This document shows, piece after piece, positions 42,550 through 54,500 of a stretch of DNA of 64,000 bases. Both the position numbers and the translations under genes were made by a program. Each line of letters begins with the position of its first letter. Positions within the stretch are counted from its first letter, which is position 1. This DNA comes from Lytechinus pictus (Eukaryota). The DNA is taken from positions 6,574,001 through 6,638,000 of the forward strand of contig NC_087245.1 of the NCBI RefSeq assembly GCF_037042905.1. Reading direction: 5' to 3'. Under the pieces are notes generated by a model. It saw nothing but the letters and a program-made list of their open reading frames with translations. It did not search any database and was not told the DNA's origin.

Positions 42550-45500
42550 AGTAGTAGTAAGTAGTAGTAAGTAGTAGTTAGTAGTAGTAAGTAGTAGTTA
42601 GTAGTAGTTAGTAGTAGTAAGTAGTAGTAAGTAGTAGTAAGTAGTAGTAAGTAGTAGTAAGTAGTAGTTAGTAGTAGTAAGTAGTTGTAGTGGTGGTGGT
42701 GGTGGTGGTGGTGGTGGTGGTGGTAGTGGTAGTGGTAGTAGTAGTAGTAGTAGTAAGTTAGAAGTTGAGTGTTGCTGCCTCGTCAATTAGTCTCTTGATT
42801 TTGAAAAAGAAGGTCATAGGTTTACATGTTAATCCCAGCCATTGCGTAGTTTCCTTCTACAAGAAATTGATCCACATTGTGCTGCACTCAACCCAGGTGA
42901 GGTAAATGGGTAGCTGGCACAAATTTATTCCTTGAAATGTTTTTTATTATACGCCCGTCCTAGACAGGACGTACTACATGTATGGTATCACGCTCGGTGT
43001 CCGTCCGTCCATTTATTTTTCCTTGTAAACGCGATAACTTCAGTTTGACTTAACCTAGGCTCATATAATTTGGTGTGTATGATACTAGCATGGATCCCAG
43101 GAAGCCTTTTGATTTTGAGGTCCAAAGGTCAAGGTCACACTGACATGTTTTCCTCTAATACCCTTATGAAGTCCGTGTAAACGTGATCGATAACTTTAGT
43201 TTATTAACTTAACCTAGGCTAATATAATTTGATGTGTATGATACTAGAATGGATCCCATGAAGCCTATTGATCTTGAGGTCAGAAGGTCAAAGGTGAAGT
43301 TGCCACCTTCCACTTTTCTTGCTTGACCAATAACTCTATTTACCACGTTACAGGCGGGCGTATTATGTGCTCGCCTAGCGACACTCTTGTTCACTGTAAA
43401 TATTTTCTTCCCTTACAAGAGACCTTACAATCATAATGTGATATGCAATGGTATACAAGATGTGCTTATTATTTGTATAAGTAGTACTAGTAGTAGAAGA
43501 AGTAGAATTAGTGGTGGCAGAAATAGTTGTAGATGGAGTAGAAGTCCACGTAGTAGCAGTAGTAGAAGAAGTAGTAGTAGTTGTGGTACTGGTAGTAATG
43601 ATGCTACCACTTGTCGCTGTTGTTGTATTCAGCTTAAGAAGAAGTAGCAGAAATAGACATTATGATAGCAGTATTCCTTTTTATTTCTTAAAAGATTGTG
43701 ATACCAATATATGGTATGAATTCTATATGAACTTGACATTCATTCCCTAATATATTATAATTTGAAAGAGGAACAGTATTTTTTCCAAATGATATCTATC
43801 CCTCAAAATAGTCATTGTAAAATTGATTTTTCTCCAGTATCTGAATCTTGTGACGCAGACCAGAGAGTTCCAGTAGGATCTAAGTGTGATGGAGTCATGG
43901 ATTGTTTTGATAATTCAGATGAACTTGGATGTGGTAGGTTAATCAATTTCTTCTTGTACAACCATGCATTTCTGTATGGATTGATGCCCCATTTGTCTGG
44001 GTAGTTTCAGAGTTTTGTTTTGAATACATTTGCTTTCAAAAGCACCTAGTGGGAGATCACCTACATTGTTTACACGTAAACATGTAAAATCAATATTTTT
44101 TTCTTCCAGCAGAAGGGAGAGAAAAGGATCAGTAAAATCTTCCTCACAAGCGATATGATGGTCAGGTTCTTTTTTTAGGAGTTATTAGTCATGGCACCAA
44201 TTTGAAAGTGGTGCCTTTTTTTCTTTGAGAAGTCAAGATTTACTCTTTTATTTATTCAATGTACATGAAGTATGGTCTATTTTGGTCAGATTATTAATAC
44301 CATTAGAATTGTTTGTGTTATTAACTGCCCTAGTGAATACAAAAAGGAATCATGCCACTGTTATGCTGAAGCCCAAGCTTACAGTTTTCTCTTCAGTCTG
44401 GATTTATTTGTCCCAAAATTGTACTTTTTAAATCTGTTTTCAATTTCGGTTTAACATGATGGGGATGCATGTCATAATGTAATACATGTATCCTCAACAT
44501 GATAAACAACATTTCTATGTGTTTTGCTGTTTCTTATGATGTAGAATTGGTGTGAATTGAGATCTTTAATTTGATGTTTGAATGTATTTTTATGTAATTT
44601 TTTTGTAAAGGGTTATTGGAATTCAGCCTTCCAGCCTTCCTTCCATCCCCCCATTGGTTTAAAAAAATATTAAATGGATTTAAATTTTTTTTGGTGTGTA
44701 CATGTAGGTAGATGACACCAAAATACAGGCTAAGTTTGAATTCAGAGTCCGTAGGTCAAAGGTGACAGCTCGTTAGATATGCGAGTTGGTTTCCGCATGA
44801 TAACTTACATGTATGAAATATTCAACGGATTAAAGAAGTTTGGGTGTGTACATGTAGGTAGATGACACCAAAATACAGGCTAAGTTCGAATTCGGAGTCC
44901 GCAGGTCAAAGGTCACAGCTCATTAAATATGCGAGTTGGTTTCCGCATGATAACTTATGAAATATTCAATAGATTTTAAAAAATTTTGGTGACTCTGTAG
45001 ATGACAGCAAAATACAGGCTAAGTTTGATTTCGGAGCCCACAGGTTGAAGCTTATTATGCATGTTGGTTTCTGCATAGTAACTTAGGAAATAATCAACAG
45101 ATTTCAAAGAATTCTGGAGTGTGTATATAGGCAGATGACAGCAAAATACAGGCTAAGTTCGATTGCGAAGTCCGCAGGTCAAAGGTCACAGCTCATTATA
45201 TATGCAAGTTGGTTTCTGAATAGTAACTTAGTAAATCAGTAAATTATTGGTATATATGCACGATATTAAGTTCAATAGTATTGAATGAATTTCTGATCGC
45301 GTTAAGCGGGAGCATCTGTGTCTTTCTGTGTCCTTTGGACAAGTTAAATTTCTAGTTTATTGAGTGTTTTATCCTTAAATCAGTGAGTTTCTTCATTCAC
45401 ATAAATGCTTCATTTTCCTAATGCAAACTGTCATTTAATTTGTATTTGATAAAATGCATTTAATCTTTATACATCAGAGACCAATGAAATTAATGACTCA

Positions 45501-48500
45501 ATCAAATTTTGTTTTGAATTGGATTTGTACCGTCAAACACTTGAAAATCTCTTTTTGAAAAACTATAGATGTTTAATAGTTAAATTTGTTTCAATCCTAA
45601 TCTAGCTAATATTTCACTCTCGGTTGGAGAAATATACAATCTGACATCACCTGGATATCCTTTCAACTATGACAACAATCTTAACCTGGTATGGACCATA
45701 TTAGCACCTTCAGATTATCGCATCATCATAAACGCAACAAGCATCAGCACAGAACTTGAATATGATTTTCTATATATTGGTGAGGGATTGACCTTTGACC
45801 TCAACAATCTCTTAATGGAGTTTACAGGGTCTTATGATAGGAGTTTACAAGTTCTTCTGCCTGGGAATAAAGCTTTTATCAGCTTCACTAGTGACTATAG
45901 TACTACAAGACAGGGATTCTTCCTTGAAATATCAACTTCTGATCAACCAGGTAGGTTAGAGGAAGTGTACATGTATGTTAGGTTTACATGGATCTATTGC
46001 TTGATATATTAAATATAACTTTTCTGATATAAAAGCGATCTTAAGGTGGTTCCTGTAGTTCTATATAGGATATTTTTATCCTGCTGCCAAACAAATTTTG
46101 TGAGTGGTATATTAGAATCAGCATATTGGTTGGGTGGTCAGGTAGACGGATGGTAGGTTTGTCTGTTTAAAATGTGAGGTTTTTTTCAGTTTTTATGAAA
46201 TTTTGCTGACATATTGGTCATGAGGTTAAGAAGGGTGTGATATATTTCCCCTTGTATTACCATATTAATATAGTATGGCAAAAATTAGTTAAACGTGATG
46301 TTGTTTGAACTTCTTCCTCAATTTTTGAGAAGTGCATGCTCATGAATTTTGGCACAAATATTGGTCTTGGAGTACAGGCATGGAAGACCTACATGTATCT
46401 CTCAAATGTGTTGGAAACTGCATGGCTATATCATACAGCTGGGATGGTATGAATCACCTTTAGTGATATTCTAGAAACTAATCAAAAAGCCAATATTATT
46501 ATCAAAAGCAGGAAACAGAATCAAATGATTTGATGCCCATGAGAGGAGAAGGCGATTCCTAGGGATCCAAATGGTGTCCATTTGTCATTCGTCATCCGCA
46601 AGAATCTCTGTGACTAATTCTTCAAGTCATATATGTTCAGACATTGAACAAACTTGTTTCATAGATGCACTGAGTTACCTTCATGCAGAGCTGCCAACTA
46701 TTATAAAGAAAAGTCATAAATATTACGCTTTTAACACCTTATGCCACTACGCTTACTACTTCTATTACCAAAAATGCTGATACACACATAATGCTGTACA
46801 TTGTGCTGAGGCAAACTTATTCATAGGTGGGCCATTACATGCATGATTGTGACTCTTTGTTTACATCGCTGCACATGTGATTGTGTGAAAATGAAATTTG
46901 AAGGAGATATATGGGAATCAGTTTACGGTCGGTCGGTCCATTGCAAATCTTGCGTTTTGAATGACTTCCTCAATTTAACCAATTCTTGTGAAATTTAGAG
47001 CACACATTGGTCCTGGGGTAAAGTTTGAAATTGTGTTGCCATGTGCGCACATCATATTAAGCAACACAGAAAAACAGCAAAACATCAATCTGCTATAGAG
47101 ATCAACAAAGGATAGGACATTATTTACTTAGATATGTGTGCCATTTTTTTTGTAAACATGCTGTATCATGCATCTTGTCTTACTACTTCAAAGAAATTTA
47201 CTGAGCGGCGTGAATTGAATTGAATTGAATTTATTAGAACGTCATTGGCATTCGTTAATATGTTGTTCAAAACAAGAAGTACAAAATAATCAAAATAAAT
47301 ATATACAATTCAAGGAATATAGGCAGATAAACAAAAACAGTATTTCATCAAAAAGAGAAACAACTTATAAATAGTAAATGCCTCATGACATAAATAAAAA
47401 AGGGAGTGATAAGCATGCAGGTAACATTATACACATATACATATACATGCACATATACATACACATATATGTACATGCACACACATAATTATACATACAT
47501 ACATACATACACACATACATACATGCATACATACACACATATATATACACAATATACATATATAAATGCGTATACAAATATACACAATCAACATAGGAAT
47601 CATTCGGATAGATATTTTGACGATGATAATGTAAAGACTGATGTCCAAGAAAAGATAAAGAAGTGAGGGAGGAAAGGGAAAAAAGAGGAAAGATGTTTGA
47701 GAATGGAGAGAGCGGGAAAGAGAGGAAGAAGAGGCGTGTATGAAGTTACCCTTTGTCTCAAAATTATGAATTTTGAGCTTCTGGATAAGGTTGGCAGCTC
47801 TGCTTCATAAAGTTCATGTCATGGTAGTGTCAAGGTCAAAGGTCATTTAAGTTCACCTGCAGGGACCTTCTACTGACAAGCATTGACATGAGTTGTTTGG
47901 ATGGAAACCAAACTTGGTCATGGATCCAGTGGTGGTACATTCATATTATTACTCCTTCAGAAGTCACTTGGTATTAAAAAGGGCAAAGTTCAAAGTTAAC
48001 CTGTATTACATTTGCCTTTTACCCACTATAGTATCTTGATAATTTCTTTTTGTTCATTCCTTCATATAGTTTAGAACCTTCTTAAATATATCTTATTTTC
48101 ATTTATAGTTTCAGATTAAAGTTTTCTTTATTAAAATTATTGGGGTTAAATGGAAGAAATAGTCCTTAGGAATAATTTTTAATGATTGCAAATGAACAAA
48201 TATGCATTCATTACTTTGTTCTATAATTTTGTTTTCAGCCGGGAATTGTGGGAATTCTCTTATCACCTGTAGCTCATCAGATGTCTGTATTTCTGCCTCA
48301 GCTTTTTGTGATGAAATGTCTGCATGCATTAATGGAGATGATGAGATTAATTGTGGTATGTAGAACATTGTTTCTTCATTAATATAAAGATTAAATCATT
48401 CCTCTTTAAACCGGTTGCACCATTGAAAATTTTGAACCATCAGATTTACAGAATGTCAGATTTTAAGCATGCAATATCTCTCTTCATTTATGCTTAGTTA

Positions 48501-51500
48501 TTTAATCCAGGGCTGGTATTCTTTTTTTTTAAGTATTCTTTTTTTAAGTATTTTACTTAGTGCTTAAAAACTTGACTAAGTAAAATGCTTAAACTCGTAT
48601 TCCGATTACATTCAAGTATTTCACTTAATCATGCCAAATATAAGTAAAATACTTACTAATAACAATTGTGACGTCATATATTTGAGCCAAATAGCGAGCA
48701 ATGTATGTATCCATCTTTGCGCAGAATGTATGAGTGGGAATAACACTTTGTAAACTGCAAACAAGCTATACTTAGTCTTGTAGGTGGCTGACTTAGATTT
48801 AAGCAAAATGCTTTGCCAAAAAAATGCATTTGCATACCAAAGATGGATAAGCATTTTATTTACCACAATAACTGTGAGACACCTGCTCTGTATGCTAGTT
48901 CTGCTCTGGAACGTGCCAGCTGATAGTAGTACCCAGAATTCTACGCGTGCACTACCAAACTCAACGCACGCCAACCTAATTCTTCCTCTTTTGCTCTCGA
49001 GCCTTCGCCGAGTTAACATCACAAAGCTAAGTACACTCTCCAATTTGCGAATTTTGGTATTTATTTTATGCTTACACATGTAGTTTTGTTTGCCAATCTT
49101 ACTATCTTGTTTAGTTTAGATTGTGTTCTACCACCAAGCACATTACAAAGGAGTCTGTTATTTTAACTGTATTCGTTCGAGTTTGTGTTTCATTGACATA
49201 TCAGTGTGTATTGCATTGGCACTTGGTGCCTGTGCAGAAGGGTCGCCATTGGGAACCCTCCCCCCCCCCAGCTCTCACGCTTGTGTTTCGTGCGTTTTAG
49301 TGCTTGTTAATTTATTCTAGTCTCTTCCTTTATCCTTTGCTTTTAGGTAGGAGTTGGATGGTATCGCCATTTGTTTATTGTTTTAATTGAAACTCTCGTT
49401 TTACTTCTCTTTTTGAGTTAGCTTTTTGTTTCTTTTCTCTAGGTTGATTATTCAATTGTTTAATTGTAACCCTTTGTTTTGTCAATTGATTATTTAGCAT
49501 AATTAATTTTTGAATTACTGTGCTTAATTAATTGATGCTTCCGGTCCTAGGAATTTTTTTCTTACAGACTTTTCCTGACGTCTTGAAAAAAAAATTATTC
49601 TTACAGGTGGACTTCTTATTCTTGTCTTTGGACTTTGCTCTTTTAGGAAGCCTCCTTTTGCTTAATTAGTTACGGCTTAATTAATTAAAAAGAAATATTT
49701 TCAGGCGAGCTTCTGTTGACTTCTCCGTAGCCGTATCTTTGCTTAATTAAGTATCAACCTTTTATTCATCTTAATTAATTTAAAACAAAGAAAAATTTGT
49801 TTTTTCTTTTAGGTGGCTTCTTAATCCTTTGTCTTTGAGTTTTAGCTTTTAAGAAGACTTCTCCTTTTTGATTTATTTAATTAATTAAAAAAAAATCTTG
49901 TCTTTTCTCTGTTGGTTTTCTTAATCTTTTCCTTGGACTTAGATTTAAGAAGCCTTGTTTGTGTTTAATTTATTCACGACTTCAGTTTGTTTTAATGAAA
50001 AAAAAATAATCATTTAGTAAAACAAGACAAATATTTTCATTTGTTTTGTTTTCAGGCACCCTTTGGAAATCTTTGATCCCTACAGGTTCGCCTTTGTGGC
50101 TTTATCTTGTTGTAACGGACTTGGGAATTCTGTTTTGATTCCTGGCTTGTCCCCCCCCCCCCCACCCCCTCTGTTTTTCTCTTTTTTTTTCTTTCAGAGC
50201 TATAGAACTTCCAAGAGAATGAGCTTGTCTGACTCATCAATTGATGAACCAGCTGCCACTGACAAGGTAACAAATCTCTGGTGTCTTGTTAAATCAGGGG
50301 CGGTGAATATGAGAGTAACAGAGAGAGTTCCTTTGCGCAGGGCTCTTGTAAGGTTGGTACTGTGGAGCCACGTTGATGTGCCCCAGAGAAGAAGGGTGGA
50401 AGCACATCCACGTGCCATTTGCGGGGAGTGTAGCACTAGCTGAGAAAACTACATCTCCTCCAGGGCTGCCTAACCCACCGGCTATCAGGTCACACCAAGA
50501 CAGGGATGAGAGCTCAGGTCTCTCTTCCCAGCACAGACTAGGCTCGATGCTCTTTCAGGGAGCATTAGCAAAGGGCTACCAGCCCCTAGTCGAAAGAGAC
50601 GGCAAAGCCAGACCCCGTCTGGCTCACGCACTAATCTGACCCCGTCAGATTTGGGGGACGTTTCTTCCTTGCCAACGGCCGCTCCTAGGGGGAAGGCTAA
50701 ATGTAAGGATTCATGCCCCCCAAGTCTTTTGCACCTTCTTCTGCTCTCTCTGTGGAGCCCGCTCAAAAGAAGAGGAAAGCCAAGGCTGCAAGTCCCGCTA
50801 ACCTGCGCACACCTTTTCTGATTCTGGTGCCAGCGGCCAAGTGTCAAAACTACTTATGTTGCTCCAGTGCGCCTTTGAGCAGTGCGGGTTCGCCTCACGC
50901 TCCTCGTCATCTTTAGCCGCCGTGTCCCCAAGCACCGTGCAGATCAAGCAGGCACCCGCCAACCCGCACCCTGGGGAGCCTCTAGCGATTCACTTGAATC
51001 GTTGTCTCATTCACCTGCATCTGGATACCCCTGTAAATTCACAGACACCTCAGACTTATCCCCAGTCTGTTGTCAGGCCCCCGAGTCTACCAGCGAACCG
51101 CTCTCAGGGCCGTATGGCTCCCGTGGCTCTCGATGCTCTGCCGGGAGAGGAGTCTTTAACTCGGGACGAACCTCTTATATACTCCATGGAGGAGGTTCTG
51201 TCTGAGGATGAACCTCCCTCAGACTCATCGGGCAGTCTGGCTCCCCAGCCTACTGCCAGTACCGCACAGGATGCACAGGAGAGAGCTCCTCCAGCGGTAT
51301 CTCCCTCATATCTACCTGAGTGGCCCGGTAGTTGATGAGGAAAACTCCCTCTTTTTCACCAAGACGACTACACATCAGGGCATTCCATTAACGAGGGCCT
51401 TCAAGTCTGCCTATGAGAGGGCAGCCAGTCAAACCTTCCGCTCAGTCGAGAAGGCCGGCGGTCTTCGGTAGGGGCTTCACCTTTTGTAATGACACTGAAG

Positions 51501-54500
51501 CCTTTTTCGACCCCAAGTCCTTAGGCACCTGCTTCACCGGCGCTTGGTTTGCTGCTGAAGAAAAATTTGATTGCCGATACGAGCTATATACATGTTCTGC
51601 GCTCAGACTCACGGCCTTCCTCGATGCTTTGATGGGTTTACGAGCACAAGCATCTGAGTTAAATATCATGGCGAGCGACATGGATGAAGCTTTGCTAGTG
51701 CTATTCGATGCGTTTTGGATGCAGCTGGCTACAGCCGATACCACGGCATGGAACGCCTGGAGGAAGCGGGTTCACACCAAACTTGGTATCCCTCCTAAGG
51801 ACATTCAGGGCTTAACCCTGGCATCCCCCAGGTGGATAAACGCCTCTTCGGGCAAGACGTGGCCAAACTTCTTAGAGAGAATAAATTGAAAGTCGTAAGC
51901 AGAAGACTTAGTTCATTAAGGATCTCAAATCCTCCCGCCCATCGGCAGCTTCCACTAGGAAGCCTGCTCCGAGGGCGCAACCCCAGAGCCGCCCTACGAT
52001 TGCTCAGAGACAGCCCTGGGCTCCCGCCCCATTGCTTTGACGTTGTGTTAGGGTTAACTCCCGTGGCAGCAGGGGTAGAAGCAGGCGGCCCACTGCCAGG
52101 CCTCCAGCCAAAGCCAAGCAGTCTGTTTGGCAGGGTGTCTCTATCACTTCCTCCCCGTGTGGGAGTGAGTGACAGATGACGCATTCATCTTGTCTGTCGT
52201 GCGAGAGGGCTTCTTTGTAGATAAAAGAAGCCTTCCTACACGGCGCAATTTAAGTCGCCTCGCCGACTATTCCCATCCTCCACCAGCAGTACATCGCAAC
52301 AGAGATCAACGCACAGCTGGAGAAAGATGCGATCGGGAGGGTAACAGACAATCCACATCTTTGTTTATCCCGATCTTTGTCATTCCCAAGCGTTCAGGCA
52401 AAGGGAGAATGATCCTGAATATGAAAAATTTTCCTGCATCAGGAGCACTTTCGAATGGATACTTCAGCCTCTATTCTCCCGCCGTTGGAGGCGTCAGATC
52501 TCGCCGTCTATTTTCACATCTCCATCCATCCCGCTTCATGTTGGGATTTCAGTTCCGCGGGCCTGCACCTCTTCGTCTACCTAGACGACTGGCTTCTCGT
52601 CGCCTACTTGGAGGTGAAGCTTTGCTCCCACCATTGCCTTACTCCTTTAGGGGACTCAGGAACTGGGGTTTATCATCAAACGGGATAAGTTAGAACTTCC
52701 TCTCACGTGCCCACTTACTTAGGTGCCGAGAAAGATAAGGTCGACCCAACCCCTACAGGGTACGGGCACTCACTTGCTCGCTCTCTCCGGGAATGCTAAC
52801 AGGTAAAAGCCCGGGTCTGGCTTCGACTCTTTGGTTACAAGGCCAGTCTAGTCGACATCTTATCAGACTGTTGCCTACACATGAGGCCATTTCAGAGGCA
52901 CCTTCTTCACCATTACAGTTCTGGCGTAGACTTGCTGCTGTTGAGGATCCCCCTTCTGGCAGGCATCCGACACAGTCTAGCCCCGTGGAGCCGCCCATCA
53001 TTCATGGCCCAAGGCAAGCCTCTTTGCACTCCCCTTCTTTCTGCCTCAGTAACCACAGACGTCTAGCTCTCGGGCTGGGGCGGTTACTGTGCGGGGGAGA
53101 TGACGTCGGGGGCCTGGCCTCAGCCGCACATCCTTCCACACATAATGTTCTCGAGATGCGGGCTGTACACAACTCCCTCCATCACTTCCAGCACATGCTG
53201 GTTGGCCGGACTGTTGATCCGCACGGACAATAGGTCTGTTGTGGCCTACATAAATCTGCAGGGCGGCATTCGGTCGAGTTCTCTCAGTGTGCTTGCCGCG
53301 GTTCTTTGGAGGTGGTGCTGCTCGATGTAGATCGTCCCAATTGCCTCGTACATTCCAGGCAGGGACAACCTTTTAGCAGACTCTCTCTTTTGGGCGTTGT
53401 CTACCCTCCGAGTGGTCTCTCCACCCAGAGATCTTTCGGTTGATCCAAGCCCGCTGGGGGCCGTTGGAGTTGTACTTTTTTGCCACAGCTCTCAATAAAA
53501 AGCTGCCAGTGTTCTGTTCGCGGGTGAAGGAAACAGAAGCCGCCTTTCTAGACACCTTCTCCTTTCATTGGGGGCATTCGAGATGCCACACGCTTCCTCC
53601 CTTCGCATGAATACCTCCGGCGCTGAGCTAAGTAAGGGAGGACAAGGCCTGTGAGCTTCTGGTATCTCCAAATCCTTGATCTTTTGGAGGGGGAACCTCT
53701 CTCCCTTCCCGAGAGGTCAGATCTTGTCTCGCAACCTCTCTCGGGAATCAAGCATCCGCGGCCGGTGGGGAGGATGCATGTGCCTTATTGAATCACAAAT
53801 GAATTATTGTTGTGAGATATGGGGAAATCGTTTTCAGATTCATGTGGATCGAATTACCAAACTCCAAAAAAGAGCAGCCCGTTTGATCCTTAGATGTCAC
53901 ATATATACCCCATCTAAAGAAATGTTTTCAAATCTAGATTGGACAACCTTCAAGTACAGAATCATTTATTTTCGATATATATTTGTTTATAAATGTGTTC
54001 ATGGACTCGCACCAGAATACTACTCAAATTATTTTCAGGATCTAAACAAAACTTATTCGAAAAATATGAGGCAGTCCGTCAGACACGATCTTGTTATTCC
54101 AAGGTGTCGTTCTGATTATTGCAAGCATTCCTTATTTTACGCCTGTCCAAAACTGGAATAGCTTGCTGGTCATCATACGGGAATCGTCATCTTTAAATTC
54201 ATTTAAATATAATCTTTAAAAACATCTCGGGTCGATTGACAATTAAGGTTTACGCTGGCACTTACTACTTTGTAAAATTTATGTATTTGAATGTTTGAAT
54301 ACCATTGAAATAATCTCTCTAATTTTGCAATGTTTATTATTGATGTCTTCGCAATACAGCTTGTATTACATTTTTTGCATATGTTAAGCTATTTTGAATG
54401 TTTTTATCTGTAAATATTTTCTGTTATTATATTCTTGTGTATAGGGGCCCCATGGGAGATCAACTGATGTTGAATAGGCTACCCCTTATTGAATAAACAA

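Noticed and set aside
1..45981. Tandem units as a pure assembly artefact
   Set aside because: Each unit has its own TE insertions, indels and substitutions, and three versions exist; a haplotype misjoin of one pair cannot be fully excluded without read depth
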